Positions 25,677 through 39,726 of a DNA stretch of 64,000 bases are shown here, piece by piece; position 1 is the first letter of the stretch; every line of letters starts with the position of its first letter. A program made the position numbers and the translations under genes. Origin of the DNA: Antedon mediterranea (taxonomy: Eukaryota > Animalia > Echinodermata). Location: assembly GCF_964355755.1 (NCBI RefSeq), contig NC_092670.1, positions 33,964,388 through 34,028,387 on the forward strand. The letters are read 5' to 3'. Below the pieces are notes generated by a model. That model was not told where the DNA came from, did no database searches, and saw nothing but the letters and a program-made list of their open reading frames with translations.

Positions 25677-26782
25677 ATAAATTTTTCTGATCGTGGTAAT
25701 GAATAATTTTCTGAATCATCCATGCAGAAAACTGCAAAGTGGTCAAATATGTCGTTAACTAGTATCCCTGTGTTAATATCTTGGAATTCCTGATAAATTG
25801 TATAAATATTGTCAATTACTGTTGCGGTATCTTTTGTGATTCGAGTGGGTTTATTTACTAGTGGAATGAAAGATTCTGTTAGCATGTTGTCTAAGTGAGT
25901 TTGAACATTATTGTCACAGTTACATTTTTGTAGATCTAGGTTAAAGTCACCCATAAGGTATGCCTTTTTATTTTCATTGTTTATCATGTGCATTAATTCA
26001 CTAAGTTGATTATTAAATGTTGGACTTTGGGGGGGGGGGGGACCTGTAGATTATTCCACATATAATTGATTTATCATTATTCTTTAATTCAATAATAATT
26101 CACTCTCCCTCGTTTATCATAGCAGACAAGTCATTTCTTATTTGATATGATATATTTGAGTGAATGTATAATGCTACACACCCCCCTGTCTGGGTTTCTC
26201 TGTTTTAAAGATAGGTGTATAGTTTGGAAGTGTATATAAACCAAGGTGATGTTTGCTTGAAAGCCAAGTCCTATTACATTAAATTCAAAATCAAGAGAGG
26301 ATACATAATGTTTTAATTCTTCAAATTTGTATACTTCTGCAATTTAATGCAAACATAGAAAAACTATTAGTTAACGTTTGACTGAACGTGGATTTAAATG
26401 TATCAAGAAGAGCTATAATAGACTCAAAATTGGCATTATTTTGACAATATTTTATAACTTTTTCAACAAAAATGCGCGCAAACGGTCTAAATCAACGTGT
26501 TCGTATGACGTCATTTTAATTTGAAATGATGTCAATCTTTTTAAAATGACTGGGAAGGCTGTAAAATCATAATTCAAGAGAAAACACATGATTTTCATGC
26601 TCTGTGCGCACCTTACGCGTAAAATAGAAAGGCTTGAAAAATATAATTCAAGAGAAAAAAACATGATTTTGTACTCCGCGTAATTTTTTTCGCGCGCGCG
26701 GGAATTTTTAACATGCTTAAAATGTCATCAGTGGGAAAGCCACTCGTCAAATCGAACAAATTTTCATCTAAGAGAGGGCGCT
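25677..26782 (+). repeat. 1.1-kb direct repeat copy A' (the CR1 fragment extends left to ~25541)
   Basis: Nearly identical to 19270-20388, with a ~14-bp deletion near 26677. Confidence 0.93.
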
Positions 26783-29032
26783 CTATTTTTTCAAATTTGT
26801 AAAAAATACAGAAATTTGTAGGGTTCAGGAGAAAGGATATCATGTAAAATTACTATTAAAAATAAAAAAACTTGAAAATGGAATATATTTTCAAAGGATT
26901 AAATTATATGGTAACAATTTTTTAAAGAATTTTCATCCATACAAAAATCTGAAATTTAAGGGACAATTCGTGAATTAGTGCCTTAAAAACCCACTTAATT
27001 AAAATATTTATCAAAAATGAACCACCTCGAATTTAAAATCCCTGTTGAACAAATTTATAAACTACATTTTAAAATATTGGGATTAAAAATCGAGTAGTTG
27101 GGACGCAAATCCGACTATTCAAACTAAAGTACGTTCATATTGCATCGCGCCGCCTAGTGGGTCCTAGGCCAGGTTGTTTACCTTTTCCGCGGTACCACCA
27201 TGACATGTGTTGTATCGCGCGCCAGAACACGAAGCTAACTAGGCCTAGGTGCGCCGGTGCGTCTACACCGAAGCTTTCAGAAGCAGATCAATCAGTGAAA
27301 TAAGAAAGAAAGAAACTCAATATTTATACTGATCAAGGCATGTAGCCAATATTTCGCTATTTATTAAATTGATCAGGTAAATACGTTAGGCCCTGGAAGT
27401 AAAACCTCCATGATATAGCTAGGCCTAGGCCCCCACACGTCACACAGAAGGGAAATCCACACAAAACACTAACTAACATTAACATTAATTGCTGTTGTAG
27501 GTTTTGCTTCACATTCACTGCTGATCATACTTCCACTGATTCATGTAAACCTAAAAATTATCAAATAACTTGCTCAGCTTGTTTTAAAGTGTGATCTATC
27601 AATTCATATAATCAGAGTCCACAAATAAGCACTTCATTTTTAACTTTATATTCCAAAATCATGATATAAGCATTTCATTTATAACTGTATATTCCAAGAT
27701 CATGATACTGTGTAATTAAAGCACAATATTTTTATGAACGTATTATTTGATTCATTCAAGTGTTGCCACATAGTTCTGCTTTTTGAATCCGTGACCATGC
27801 ATACACTTTTTCTTTTCCTAAGCAGCCTTCATATCACACAGCTCATTAAAATGGTGAAGATGAATAGTACACAGAGTATGATCTACAATGCATAAATGTC
27901 ATAATGAATTGTTGCTTTTAAAATTTTACTGATGCAAATTTATAACTTGGCTTCAGGCATTCTTGAAATTTCGTACAATAGCAAATCCTGAAGATCATTT
28001 TATTTAGAAAATGCTAACCATACTATAACCATATTGCAGCAATGTAGACCTTGTAAATGTGAGAATGAATGGCCACAAATTAAAAAATGTATAATTTATG
28101 TTCATTCATAGCACAATTTTTGAATGGGAAAAAGAGAAGCCGGCTGTTTAAAATGTATAAATATAATCTCTAAATAGTTTATCACAAATATTTGTACACA
28201 GAATAAAAACAATACATTTTTAATGTTTTAACTTTATAACACAACTTTTTTTTGCATCAACATACAACATTAATTATTCAACTATTATTATAAATGTAGA
28301 ACTTTTATAAATGTTATTTGCTAATTCCATCCAATATTTAAAAATTGCATACAGTAAACTTTCTTATTTTTGTTTAAACTTGTGATACACAAAATACATT
28401 TAGATGGTATTATTTATAGAGCTTATCTCAATTGTAAATATGAGTCATAAAAACAAAAATCACATTGGTCAATAAAAAAATATTACATTCATAAAAAAAA
28501 ATCTTCTTATTCAAAAGAGTTTTTCCAGTTATTTTAATTTACATAGCATTTTAACATGTAATAACTCAACAGTTGAATCTTTAAACAAATACAGTGATAT
28601 AATAAGAAATAATGAATGTTTATGAGTTGGATTGTGAGAATAATCATGAATTGAAAAATTGACTGCTCTATTTTTAAGAAGGCAGGGCCGAGATAAAATG
28701 AGCAGGCAATTTTTCATCAAATACAAAGCATTCATGATTTGCATTATAACCAGATTGCAATAATACAATTGTGCATGTTATTGTTATAATACAACATGAC
28801 CTGTAAGGATAACCACTGTTTTGTAGTATCTTGCACCATGTAGATATCCAAATCTATAAAAATAAAATTAAATCGATATTATTATTAATTTAAAAGAGAA
28901 CAAATGAAGACAGTCTATACATTGTGAGAACAGTTAAAGATTCAGATTGTTGTTTCAGAACCACCAGTTGTATACAAATCTATTATTTCGATAGCAAATT
29001 AGCAACAAGCAATCAATTGGTATATCCCACTC

Positions 29033-31639
29033 AAATCGCGCGTAAGTCACGTTGCGCAACTCTGACGTCATTCAAAATATGGAGGTGCACAACTTCAGGT
29101 AAATGTCCATATAATGACAAAGTTATACAAAAGATATATTCACAAGCAATAGGGGATATGCTGCTCACAAAAATCCGGGAAAGAAAGAAGAACAACGATG
29201 ATGAAAAAAAAGATATTTACAATCACATGGGTTATCCTGCAACTAAGTTGCGGATAACCAACTAGATATGAACTCGTCACTTTGACGAGTTCGGGTTATC
29301 TGCGCATACGCAACATGCACATACTTTAAGCTACATGAACCTCGACAATTATTATGCCATCCTATGACATGAAATAAATATGTTTACAGTGCTGAATTTT
29401 ACCTATTTTGTAGCATACATCATATTACAGTATTTACAGAATACACTGTATATGATATATACAGTGTAGCATAGACGGAATTACGAGACCCGTCTTTTAA
29501 ATCCAATTATTAACACGATGACATCATCAAATTGACATAAAAGATAACTATTTTAGAAGATAATTATCTAAGTAATAACATTAATACAAATTTGAAGAAT
29601 TTTGGACATGTAAAAGTGACATGCGCTCTCGTTTAAACGCAATGAACTTTTACGCAAGAAATGAAAATATGACTTTTTGAATTCAACTGGCCATATGATA
29701 ACGTCATGACATCAGATAGACAAAATGTGTATATGAATTTGTATCTACAATCCAATAGCTTCCAGAAAACGTTTTAATCATGATTATCACTTTTTATTCT
29801 GACGAGCTATAACAGATTGAAATTTACTGTAGAGATGAAAATTAGGTGACCCACGTTATTTACATTTTTAGACATGATGACGTCATAAAAAAGAAAATAT
29901 TTTTAACTCATGCGAAAGATAGTTGATTGACCTAGACAGTATTAAAATATGTGAGGAAATGGAATACGTATAAGCGAGATGCGCTCTATTTAATGTAATG
30001 AGCAATAAAGAAACAGTCAAAAATCCAATATTTTACATTCGTGTGGCCATACGATGACGTCATAACATCTGAGGGGTATAGATTCTGCATGAATTCATAT
30101 CTACAACATATCTGCTTCTATATTAAGTTAAAAAAATTGGGGGTCACCTTCGATCCTGAAGAGCTATAATAGATTCAAAATAGGCATAATTTTGACAATA
30201 TTTTGTAACTTTTTCAACTAAAACGCGCGCAAATGGTATAAATCAACGTGTTCGTATGACGTCATTTATTTTGAAATGATGTCAATCTTTTTTAAAATGA
30301 CTAGGAAAGGCTTGAAATCATAATTCAAGAGAAAAAACATGATTTTCATGCTCCGTGCGCACCATACGCGTAGATTTTTTTGCGCGTGCGGGAATTTTTG
30401 ACATGCTTAAAATGTCATGATCAGCGTAGAAAATTGATTAGAAATTAATTTTGCGCATTTTGAAATGAGTTAAATATTCACCAAGTGTCAATAATAAATG
30501 ACTTTTGGTTTTTAATCTATGATCAATAATTGAAATTCATAAAATCGCGCGTAACTTACGCTGCGCGACTCTAACGTCATATAACGAAGTTTCCTGCACA
30601 TCTACAGCTACAGGTCAATCTTATGACAAAGTTATGTCTACAAACATTTGAGATATAGCTGCAACAAAAATCCGGGAAAGAAAGAAGAATAAAGATGAAG
30701 AAAAAGAAACGTGACAATAACAAGGGTTATCCGCAACTTACTAAGTTGCGGATAACCAACTAGATTTGAACTCGTCACTTTGACGAGTTCGGATTATCCG
30801 CACAAACGCAACATGCACATACTTTAAACTATATGAACTTCGACAATTATTATGCCATCCTATGACATGAATTAAGAATGTTTACAGTGCTGAATTGTAC
30901 CTATTTTGTAGCATACAGCATATTACAGTGTTTACATAATACACTGTATGTTATACAGTGTAGCATAGACAAAATTACGAGACCCATCTTTTAAATCCAA
31001 TTATTAACACGATGACGTCATCAAATCGGCATATAAAAATAACAATTTTAGAAGATAATTATCTAAATAATTACATTAATACAAATTTGAAGAATTTTGG
31101 TCACGTGAAAGTGAGATGCGCTCTCGTTTAAACGCAATGAACTTTTACGCAAGAGATGAAAATATGACTTTTTTAATTTAACTGGCCATATGATGACATC
31201 ACAACATCTGATTGGCAAAATGTTTACATGAATTCGTATCTACAATCCAATAGCTTCCAGAAAACGTTTTAATCATGATTATCAATTTTTCTTCTGACGA
31301 GCTATAACAGATTGAAATTTTCTGTAAAAATGAAGTGACCCACGTTATTTACATATTTAGATATGATGACGTCATAAAAATTAAAATATTTTTAACTCGT
31401 TTGAAAGATAGTTGATTGACGTAGACAATACTAAAATCTCGGGGGAAATGGAATACGTATAAGCAAGATGCGCTCTGTTGAATGTGATGAGCAATAACGA
31501 AAGAGAATTGAATTTCCTTGTTGAGGATCAATAAAAGTTATCTTATCTTATCTTATCTTATCTTATCATATATTTTACATTCGTGTGGCCATACGATGAC
31601 GTCATAACATCCGAGAGGTAAAAATTTTGTATGAATTCA
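29033..31639 (-). mobile_element. Head-to-tail array of Helentron-associated family B (~1.5-kb unit)
   Basis: The junction GGTTATCC..CAACT..AAGTTGCGGATAACC-AACTAGAT(A/T)TGAACTCGTCACTTTGACGAGTTC occurs at ~29230-29293 and ~30724-30790. Unit bodies are colinear. Confidence 0.8.
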
Positions 31640-32970
31640 TCTATATATAAATTTACGTAAGGGCAAAATTCGGTAAATCGCACCTTACTTCTAGAATTTT
31701 TACTCGATGGTATATAAAGTTGGTTCGTACTTTCGGTACTGATTTTAACCACCTGATGTAACCCTTTTACTAATTAAATTAAGTTAGACAATTTCAATAT
31801 TTAAGGCTGCTTTAACAAAACACTATATTTCATGTTATGTATAGTTTATTTGTATTTTTCTTGGATATGGTTTTATCTTAACTGTTTGTATTGTATGGAG
31901 TGAGTGCAGAATCTGTTTGGGCTTTAGCCTATTCTCATTCCTGGTTATTTTTTACATTGATGACCGAATAAATATTATTATTATTATTATTATTAGTTAT
32001 TGACGATTAAAACGAATTTAGGTTCAACGATTTGCCCCAAATAGGGGTGTTTTTCGATCGTGGTATACACTGTCTAATGGATGTCCATCTTGAAAATTAC
32101 CCGCCACAAAAAATGCGAGGAGGCTTCGCATTTTCCTATCTCCTCCTACGATAATTATTTTTAATAGCTGAAAACTGGTTGAACAGCTAGAGTACAGCAT
32201 CATAATGTTGAAGACAGGCCGATTTTCTTTAAAAAATACTATTTTGATAGATTTAATATACGATTATACAAATGTATTGATTTGCAATGAATGGAACATC
32301 CCAATCTCTCAGTCTGCCAGAGTTTGGTTTAACACAAGTAGGTAAATGTATGAGCCCTTGGTTTAACACATACGGTAGGTAAATATATGGGCCCTTTGAG
32401 AATAAACTTGCAATACTTTGACAATACTGTAAATACCTATTAACTATTTTTGATCCTCATTTGAATCGAACATTTCTTACTGTGAATGTTCGTACTGTTA
32501 GATGTAATATAAAAATATATACAAATAAACTTTATTACTGAGATTGTGGTTAGGCTCTACTGTTAGATATATAAACACATTATTATATACAAATAAACTT
32601 TATACTGACAGTTCCTTCTCAACGTTTGTATTAATTAATAATTACCAATAATATAAACGTCGTAGTGGTGTATAGTGACATGTACTTTAATATTTCAATC
32701 GATTATGACAGTGACAGTTTTAACAAAGTATTAAATCGCAAATGTTTTACTGTATTTAGAGGTATATTATTTATAGGCCTATAAAACATGAACAAAATAT
32801 TTCGTTACTGAGTGGATAAAGAATATATTTAAAAATTGTTCCTCTTTTTACCTATCCGCTTTCCCATCTCTCAACCCTAATGTTACATACAAAACACAAA
32901 TTGAGTTTTTTTAAATGAGTCCAAATCAAAAATTTGGACTCATTTTGTGATAAGTTTCTCCTTCGGAAGT
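31640..32970 (+). mobile_element. Non-autonomous Helitron copy (3'-truncated) containing a LINE tail
   Basis: A|TCTATATATAAATTTACGTAAGGGC start. A ~200-bp insert ending in (TTA)n lies at ~31793-31992. Confidence 0.8.
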
Positions 32971-33696
32971 TAAGACCGATTTAAAGTGTCTGCGACCATT
33001 AGTTACCTAAATTAACCCTAGATTGGGTCAAAGGTCAATAATGGTATTTCTGGTTAGTTTTGTAAAATAAGTTCTATTAAGGTAAATATAAACATGTACA
33101 TGCTGAATAAATTGAGACCAGTTTGAGGTATCTGTGACCAGTAGTTACTGAGATATTGATAAGGTCAGGTCAAGGGTCAATTGGTCATAAAACGGTATTT
33201 CCGGTCATTTTTTGGAAAAAATATTTCATTAGAGTAAATATAAATATCTATATTATGAACATTTAGAGACCAAACATAAGCCTCTACCTTCATTAGTTAC
33301 CGATATATAAGAAAATTTGGTGTTATAGGCGGCCATTTTGAAAAATGAGAATGGGCTCAAAATGTTAAGAAAATAAATCTAATATTTAGTCTAATAGAAA
33401 CTTTTTTCCAAAAATTACCATAAATTAAGCTTTTTTGACCCTTGACCTCTAATGTTTGAATATGTCGATATCTCGGTAACTATTTGTCCTAAAAAGTTCA
33501 GTTTGGTGTTCAGAATATACACATTTATACTTGCTCTAACAAAATATTTTGTCAGAATTCAATTGAAAATGTCAATTTGAGCTATGACACATTGTTTTGC
33601 ATATATTTAGCAATTAATAATCTATAAAAAAAAAAGAGGGGAGGGGGTTGGGGTGGATGGAGAGACATTATTTGACATGTTACACAAATGTTAAAC

Positions 33697-33810
33697 TCTG
33701 TCTACACTATAAAAAATGTGATGTGCCCATATATGGACACGATGACATGATATCACTACCATATTTGGACACATCACACCTTTTTTGTTAAACTAGTTTA
33801 TAGTGTAGAC
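33697..33810. mobile_element. Small palindromic MITE
   Basis: GTCTACACTATAAA ... TTTATAGTGTAGAC, with an inner inverted repeat TGTGATGTG/CACATCACA. Confidence 0.6.
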
Positions 33811-34509
33811 AAATATGTAAAAAAATATGTGTTTCTCCATCACCCCAACCACCTCCCCTTCTCTCGCGTTTCCAATGCTACTGCATGCATCTATACACAT
33901 CAAAATAGCTGGAATTGTACTGGAAAGTTTTTAGCTACATTTGAAAATAAGTCCCAGAGGATGGGTGTATTGTAATGTTATCAGAATTATGGCAATTGTT
34001 TGTAATGGGAAAGTTTCAAAACTACATTTTGAAATATTTGCTAATAATATCACATGCTATTATAGATATACTTATTTCCCCTGACAAAGTAATTTTGACA
34101 AATATTTCATATGCAATTTTAATGTCACACATAATAGTTATTCACTATTTCACCAAAAATTGGATTGAAAAAAAATTATATAGGCCTAGTGCATACCCAA
34201 AAAAACTGTAATTCAAAGCAAAAAATAGGCTGGAAGTCAATGTGGTTTGGTTAAATTAACTGTTTATTTTATCTTTAAAGTGATATTTACTCTATTTTTT
34301 AGATTAGCCCTTTGATTAAACACCTCTTCAAATGCAGTGAAGATCTTAAGTGTCGCCTTGTCTTACTAATCTTCCTTAACTACTCTTTTAACGATCGTAA
34401 TCAATATTTGTTGAGGTATAATTATTCCCTCTAATAATGGTAATGCCTGTTTTATTGAGTCAAATGCTTTCCGATAATCTCTAATTCAAAGATTTGGTGA
34501 TATTCATTT

Positions 34510-35235
34510 CTTTTTTATTAGTTGCGTGGAAGCGACTCTATAGTTCACTATGTCGGTAGGTTGGTCGGTCTGTCGGTCTGTCGGTCTGTCGGTCCGGTAT
34601 CACTATGCGTTTTATCGCTTTCTGACCTTATCTTGATATCAGTTTAATCTAGCTAAGTAATTTTTTCAAAGTATATTCCTTATGGCCAGGAATCGATGTG
34701 GTTATGTTTTCACGGTGCGCAATAAAAAATTACGCGGTCTACGCACGATTTAACGAAATCACGTTTGTAATCATATCTTCACAACCATGAATCACAATTA
34801 AATAAAATTTGGTACTCATAAATTTCAGGGCATAAATCATCATATGGCAATACAATTACGTGCGTAGCGCATGTAACGCATGCGTACGCGCGCTTAAAAT
34901 TTTCAAAAATTTATTTTCGACGAAATAAGAGTACGTTTCAAGCAATTTTAAGCGTTTACAAAATTGCCATGAGTGCGCAGATTTTTGCGCGCGCACTGCG
35001 TGTTAAATGTTGTAGTGCACTCTTTTTGCCCGATTTCTGTTTTCTTGACTTACTTTTCAACTTGAAATTACGTTATACGAGCACGTCAAAAGTGACAGGC
35101 TACGCACGTGTAAATTAAAAAAATATAACTGTTTTTAAACATTTCAACATTTTTAAACATGTTCAGTATTTTCGGTCAGTTGGTAGGTTGGTCAGTCGGT
35201 CGGTAAACACTAAGCACGCGACTGCAGCCATCTAT
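34510..35235 (+). mobile_element. Helentron-associated element family A, uninterrupted copy
   Basis: Reverse complement of 7291-7865 + 11247-11433. (GTCG/GTCT)n microsatellite and terminal CACGCGACT. Confidence 0.78.
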
Positions 35236-35261
35236 TCTGCATAATTTGTATTTGAGTAAGT

Positions 35262-36540
35262 GTCCTTTTTGACCTCTACTGACCTTAAACATGGTTCAAT
35301 TAATTTTATTAAAAGTCTATATGATTAAAAAAACACAAATGCTACACAACGTCACCAAGATCATACTAATTAGATGTTTGATTCTTGGGTTATTGCTATT
35401 AATGTTCCACCCTACCCCAAAAGATGTATTTTTATTGCAATTTTTAACAATAAAATATGATAATTTGTGTATAATGAACTGCAATTTTAATCTTGTTAAC
35501 ATATATTTTCTTATTCAATATGTCAGTAAGCACAAGAAAAACACAATTAAGATAAAACATATTGAAAATTGTAGATACTACTGTATGTTGAAATTTATCT
35601 ATATTTCGGCAAAAATGTGCATTTTTGTAAAAGGTCAATGACTTTTGACCTCTACTGACCCTACTAATCGTCCGATTAATTTTATTTAAATTTTATAAGA
35701 TTTTAAAAGATGTATGCTACACAATGGTACCAAGATAATACTAATTAGGTGTTGGATTCTTGGGTTTTTAGGATAAATGTTACCCCCTACCCCAAAAATG
35801 TCTTTTTATTGTAATTTTGAAGAATAACAAAATTACATGACAATGGTAATAATGCAGTGCAATTGTTTTCCTGTTAACACATATTTTGTTATTCAATATG
35901 TCAGTAAACACAAGTAAAACACAATTAAAATAAAAAATATTGAAAATTGGAGATTTGATATTGAAATGTATCTCATTATGGCAAATATTTGAAATTTTGC
36001 AAAATGTCAGTGACCTTTTGACCTTTACTGACCTTAAAAATGGTTCGATTAATTTTATTCAAAGTTTATATGATTAAAAAACATGAATGCTACACAACGA
36101 CACCAAGATCATACTAATTAGATGTTTGATTCTTGGGTTATTGCTATTATTGTTACCCCCTACCCCAAAAAATGTATTTTTATTGCAATTTTTAACAATA
36201 AAAAATAACAATTTGTATATAATGAACTGCAATTTTTATCTTGTTAACATATATTTTCTTATTCAATATGTCAGTAAGCACAAATAAAACACAATTAAGA
36301 TAAAAAATATTGAAAATTGTATATACGATATTGAAATTTATCTATATTTTGGGAAAAATTTGCATTTTGCGAAAGGTCAATGACCTTTTGACCTCTACTG
36401 ACCTTAATAATCTTCCGATTAATTTTATTTAAATTTAAAAAAATTTTAAAAGATGTATGCTACACAATGTTACTAAGATAATACTAATTAGATGTTGGAT
36501 TCTTGGGTTATTAGGATAAATGTTACCCCTACCCCAAAAA
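35262..36540. repeat. ~373-bp tandem repeat, 3.4 units, with A-B-A-B higher-order structure
   Basis: The GACCT(C/T)TACTGACC anchor occurs at 35271, 35647, 36020 and 36390. Confidence 0.9.
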
Positions 36541-38560
36541 ATATTTGGTGATAAAACACTGATGATCATTACAAATGACGCAAGTACATACAATGCATCC
36601 CTATATTTTTCTTGTTAACATCGATTTTTTCACTCTATATGTCCGTGGGAAGAAAATGATACCAAAGAAGTTTAACTGTGTGGGGGGTGCACGGTAACCC
36701 CCTCCAGCCCATGGACTATATATCATTGCTTCTCTTCATTTCTTCTGGTTTCAAAGATGTTGTTGTATAGTGTTATGAGCTGGATGTGTTATTGCCTCAT
36801 CAAGCTTCATCGTCAGTGTTGGAGCTTTGTTTTCTTGCATTTGCCTTAAAGCCTCTTTCATTTTCTCTACAAGAATAGATGGTAATTTTTTTGACTGCTC
36901 ACTGGTTCGTTTTCCTTTTATATTCCACTACAGTATGTTCTTGAAAAGAAATCAGCTTTGTAATTAATTTGTCTTTGATCCTTTTCAGATTTCTAATATT
37001 TCAAACATATGTTTTTATTTTTCATTCTTTTCTTAGCTTTTTCCTCACTGTTTTCGACATTTCATTTGTTCAGCATACTTCAAACAATGAATTGATAATT
37101 AGGTTATGTGTTTTATGAGTATCAAATCGCATTGGTTAATTCTTCTTTTCTCTCTTTAAGATCTTGATTTTTTTTTTATGTTATTCAACTTTAAGTTTAT
37201 CTAATTTTATGTTGATATTAAGTGTTGCTCTTACGGTGTAGGCCTACCATGCAATTGAATTATATATTGAAATTAAATTAAACATTAAGTTTTAAGAAAA
37301 TTGTAAAAGTTAAACTAAATAGGATATTGAATGTAGTTCTGGTCCATTAAATCTATATTTGAGGTATATTATTATAAGTATGACACATGCACGCTTAACA
37401 GTATATTCTGATCATACCTCAAACTGGCATTTCCAGTAAAAATATGATAAAATCTTCTATTAGAGCTAATATAAATGTTTACATTCTGAACAATTTGACA
37501 CCAAATTAAACTTTTTATGACATTGGGTTACAGAGATACAGACATATTTATACATTAAAGGTCAAAGGTCAGTAAATGACATTTCCTGTGAATTTGGAAG
37601 AACATGTTTAATTAGAGTATAAATATGTATGCTCTTAACAATTTGAAAGAAATTTCAAGAAATTTTGACCAGTAGTTTTTGAGATATAGTAAGCCGAGGT
37701 CAAAGGTCAAAACGTTGAGAAATTACATTTCCGGTCGTTTTTTAAAAAAAAGTTCTATTAGAGCGAATATAAATATGTACCCTCTGATCTATTTGACACA
37801 AATATCATTTTAATTGTCAAACCCGTTGCGGAGATATGGCTGTTTAAGATAGAAATATAAAAATTGAGGTCAGAGGTCACAGAGGTCAAATCAGATTTCC
37901 AGTAACTTTGTTTTGGTATCTCCATATCATGTTCTATCAACATGCAAAAGGGCACACTTGTATTATACTTCATTAACATCAATCATATCAAACTCAATGC
38001 ATATTATCAATATGACGTCATACATTTTAGTGCATAAATAATCCAAGGCATTATAATTTTAAGTCTGATACTCATACAATAAAGTAACAATATTCCTCAG
38101 CAGACAGCCAACTTACAGACTAGTGGACATCTGCCCTCACATAACTCATAGACATCTTAATCTCGAGATAGAATATCAGATATACTGTATCCCTGTCACA
38201 TAAGAACAAAATAACATCCATAATTAACTTAATATACCGTTTTTCACCGTGTTTGTTAACACAACACCATAACATCATAGACTATTTCCGTGTACGTAAA
38301 TGGAACGCATCGTCTATATACCCAAACTCGCTCAAGCGGAACTAGCACCGGCGACTATCAACTCGCACACGTGTATCATCATCTTTAACAATATAATTTC
38401 AATATAAATCTAGCAACTAACTAAACCCATAACGAACTGTGCCTAGTTTAATTTCAACCTTGGCCTATGTAATCATCACTAACATCAATTACAAACATTA
38501 ACAAAACTAACCTGTAAACAAACATTATTTTGAGAAGTAGCGGTATGTTACTGAAAAATA

Positions 38561-39324
38561 AGCGCTACTGCAGTTTCGCACCACACCGTTATATCTTCGA
38601 TTTATCACCTAAATGTTTTTTTTTCACACTCACAACATAATAATATGTAACATGTTTATACGATTCGACCACTTACGAAGTAATTTTTTTTAAATAACAA
38701 TACTTTTCAAAACATTTTAAACAATACTGAACTCGATGTCAACACACTGCGAAATGTTCGCCATCTTATATTTATCACTTAATTGCCAGAATGTATGCTT
38801 CATTTTCCCCAAAAAATGTAGAAACTATAGAGGCCAGTGTTATAAAATCCGATTACACATAATATGCCTAGGCCTATTTAGTTTTGAAAGGCAAGAAATA
38901 TTTTCAGCTGGCAAAAGGGAGGTTTAATTAATATTTCATTATTAATATTAGTATTATTATTCATATTAATAGGTCCTATCAATGTTTTATGTACAGACTC
39001 ATATCGTCGCCGTTTTGATATGTACAACTAGCTGGTTCTTTATAAAAACCACTCTTTGCAGTTTAAAAATAAAAACAGAAAATAAAACATACATTGATTT
39101 CTGGAAATTTTCTGATTCTAAAATGGCCACAGTTCGATCGAGGTATTCGCGGAAATAGAGCTGTTTTGAAAGGCATTTTTTATTGTGATAAAGGTAAATA
39201 TAACGGTGGCTAAATCATGGAAACATGTTACATAATGGCCCAAAATTGTATGATGTGGGTGTGAGAAAAAAATTAAGCGATAAATCGAAGATTTAACAGT
39301 GTGGTGCGAAACTGCAGTAGCGCC
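38561..39324. mobile_element. Non-autonomous DNA transposon with ~100-bp TIRs and 8-bp TSD (Merlin/MULE-like)
   Basis: (A/G)GCGCTACTGCAGTTTCGCACCACAC TIRs, with GAAAAATA on both sides. Confidence 0.8.
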
Positions 39325-39726
39325 GAAAAATACACAGCTAGGCCGCAGGCGCCATTCTATTAGGCTACCCGATAATCTATGACCAAATCACACTCTGTAT
39401 TATGATATTCTGCATCAAGATGCAAATGTAATCACTATTTCACAACCTTAAAATCATCTACAATGACCTCATCGGGTAACATTGATATGCAACATAAAGT
39501 GTAATGATTTATTAAATAAAACTTACAGATAACTTTCATGATACAACCTGTTGTTGTACCGTGACTAATTCTGCTCATCTACTCTACGCAGTATGTACCG
39601 TCTACAGGGCCAAAACAACAATGTTTATATAAAAAAGGATCATTTAATTCATTCTCGGACATTTTCTTTAAAAATTCTTTATTACTAACATTGAATACAT
39701 AATTTATACATTGTAAAATTGTTTAA

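Noticed and set aside
19270-26782. LTR retrotransposon interpretation of the 1.1-kb direct repeats
   Set aside because: No TG..CA ends, PBS/PPT, gag or integrase. The repeats are chimeric LINE/Helentron fragments.
28800-28853. Possible small minus-strand exon with AG/GT borders
   Set aside because: Weak donor, no partner exons and no recognisable peptide.
35291-36287. Repeated hydrophobic ORFs (IILIRCLILGLLLL)
   Set aside because: Chance translation of an AT-rich tandem repeat.
36730-37200. Lys/Glu-rich minus-strand stretch that looks coding
   Set aside because: Multiple stops and no identifiable motif.
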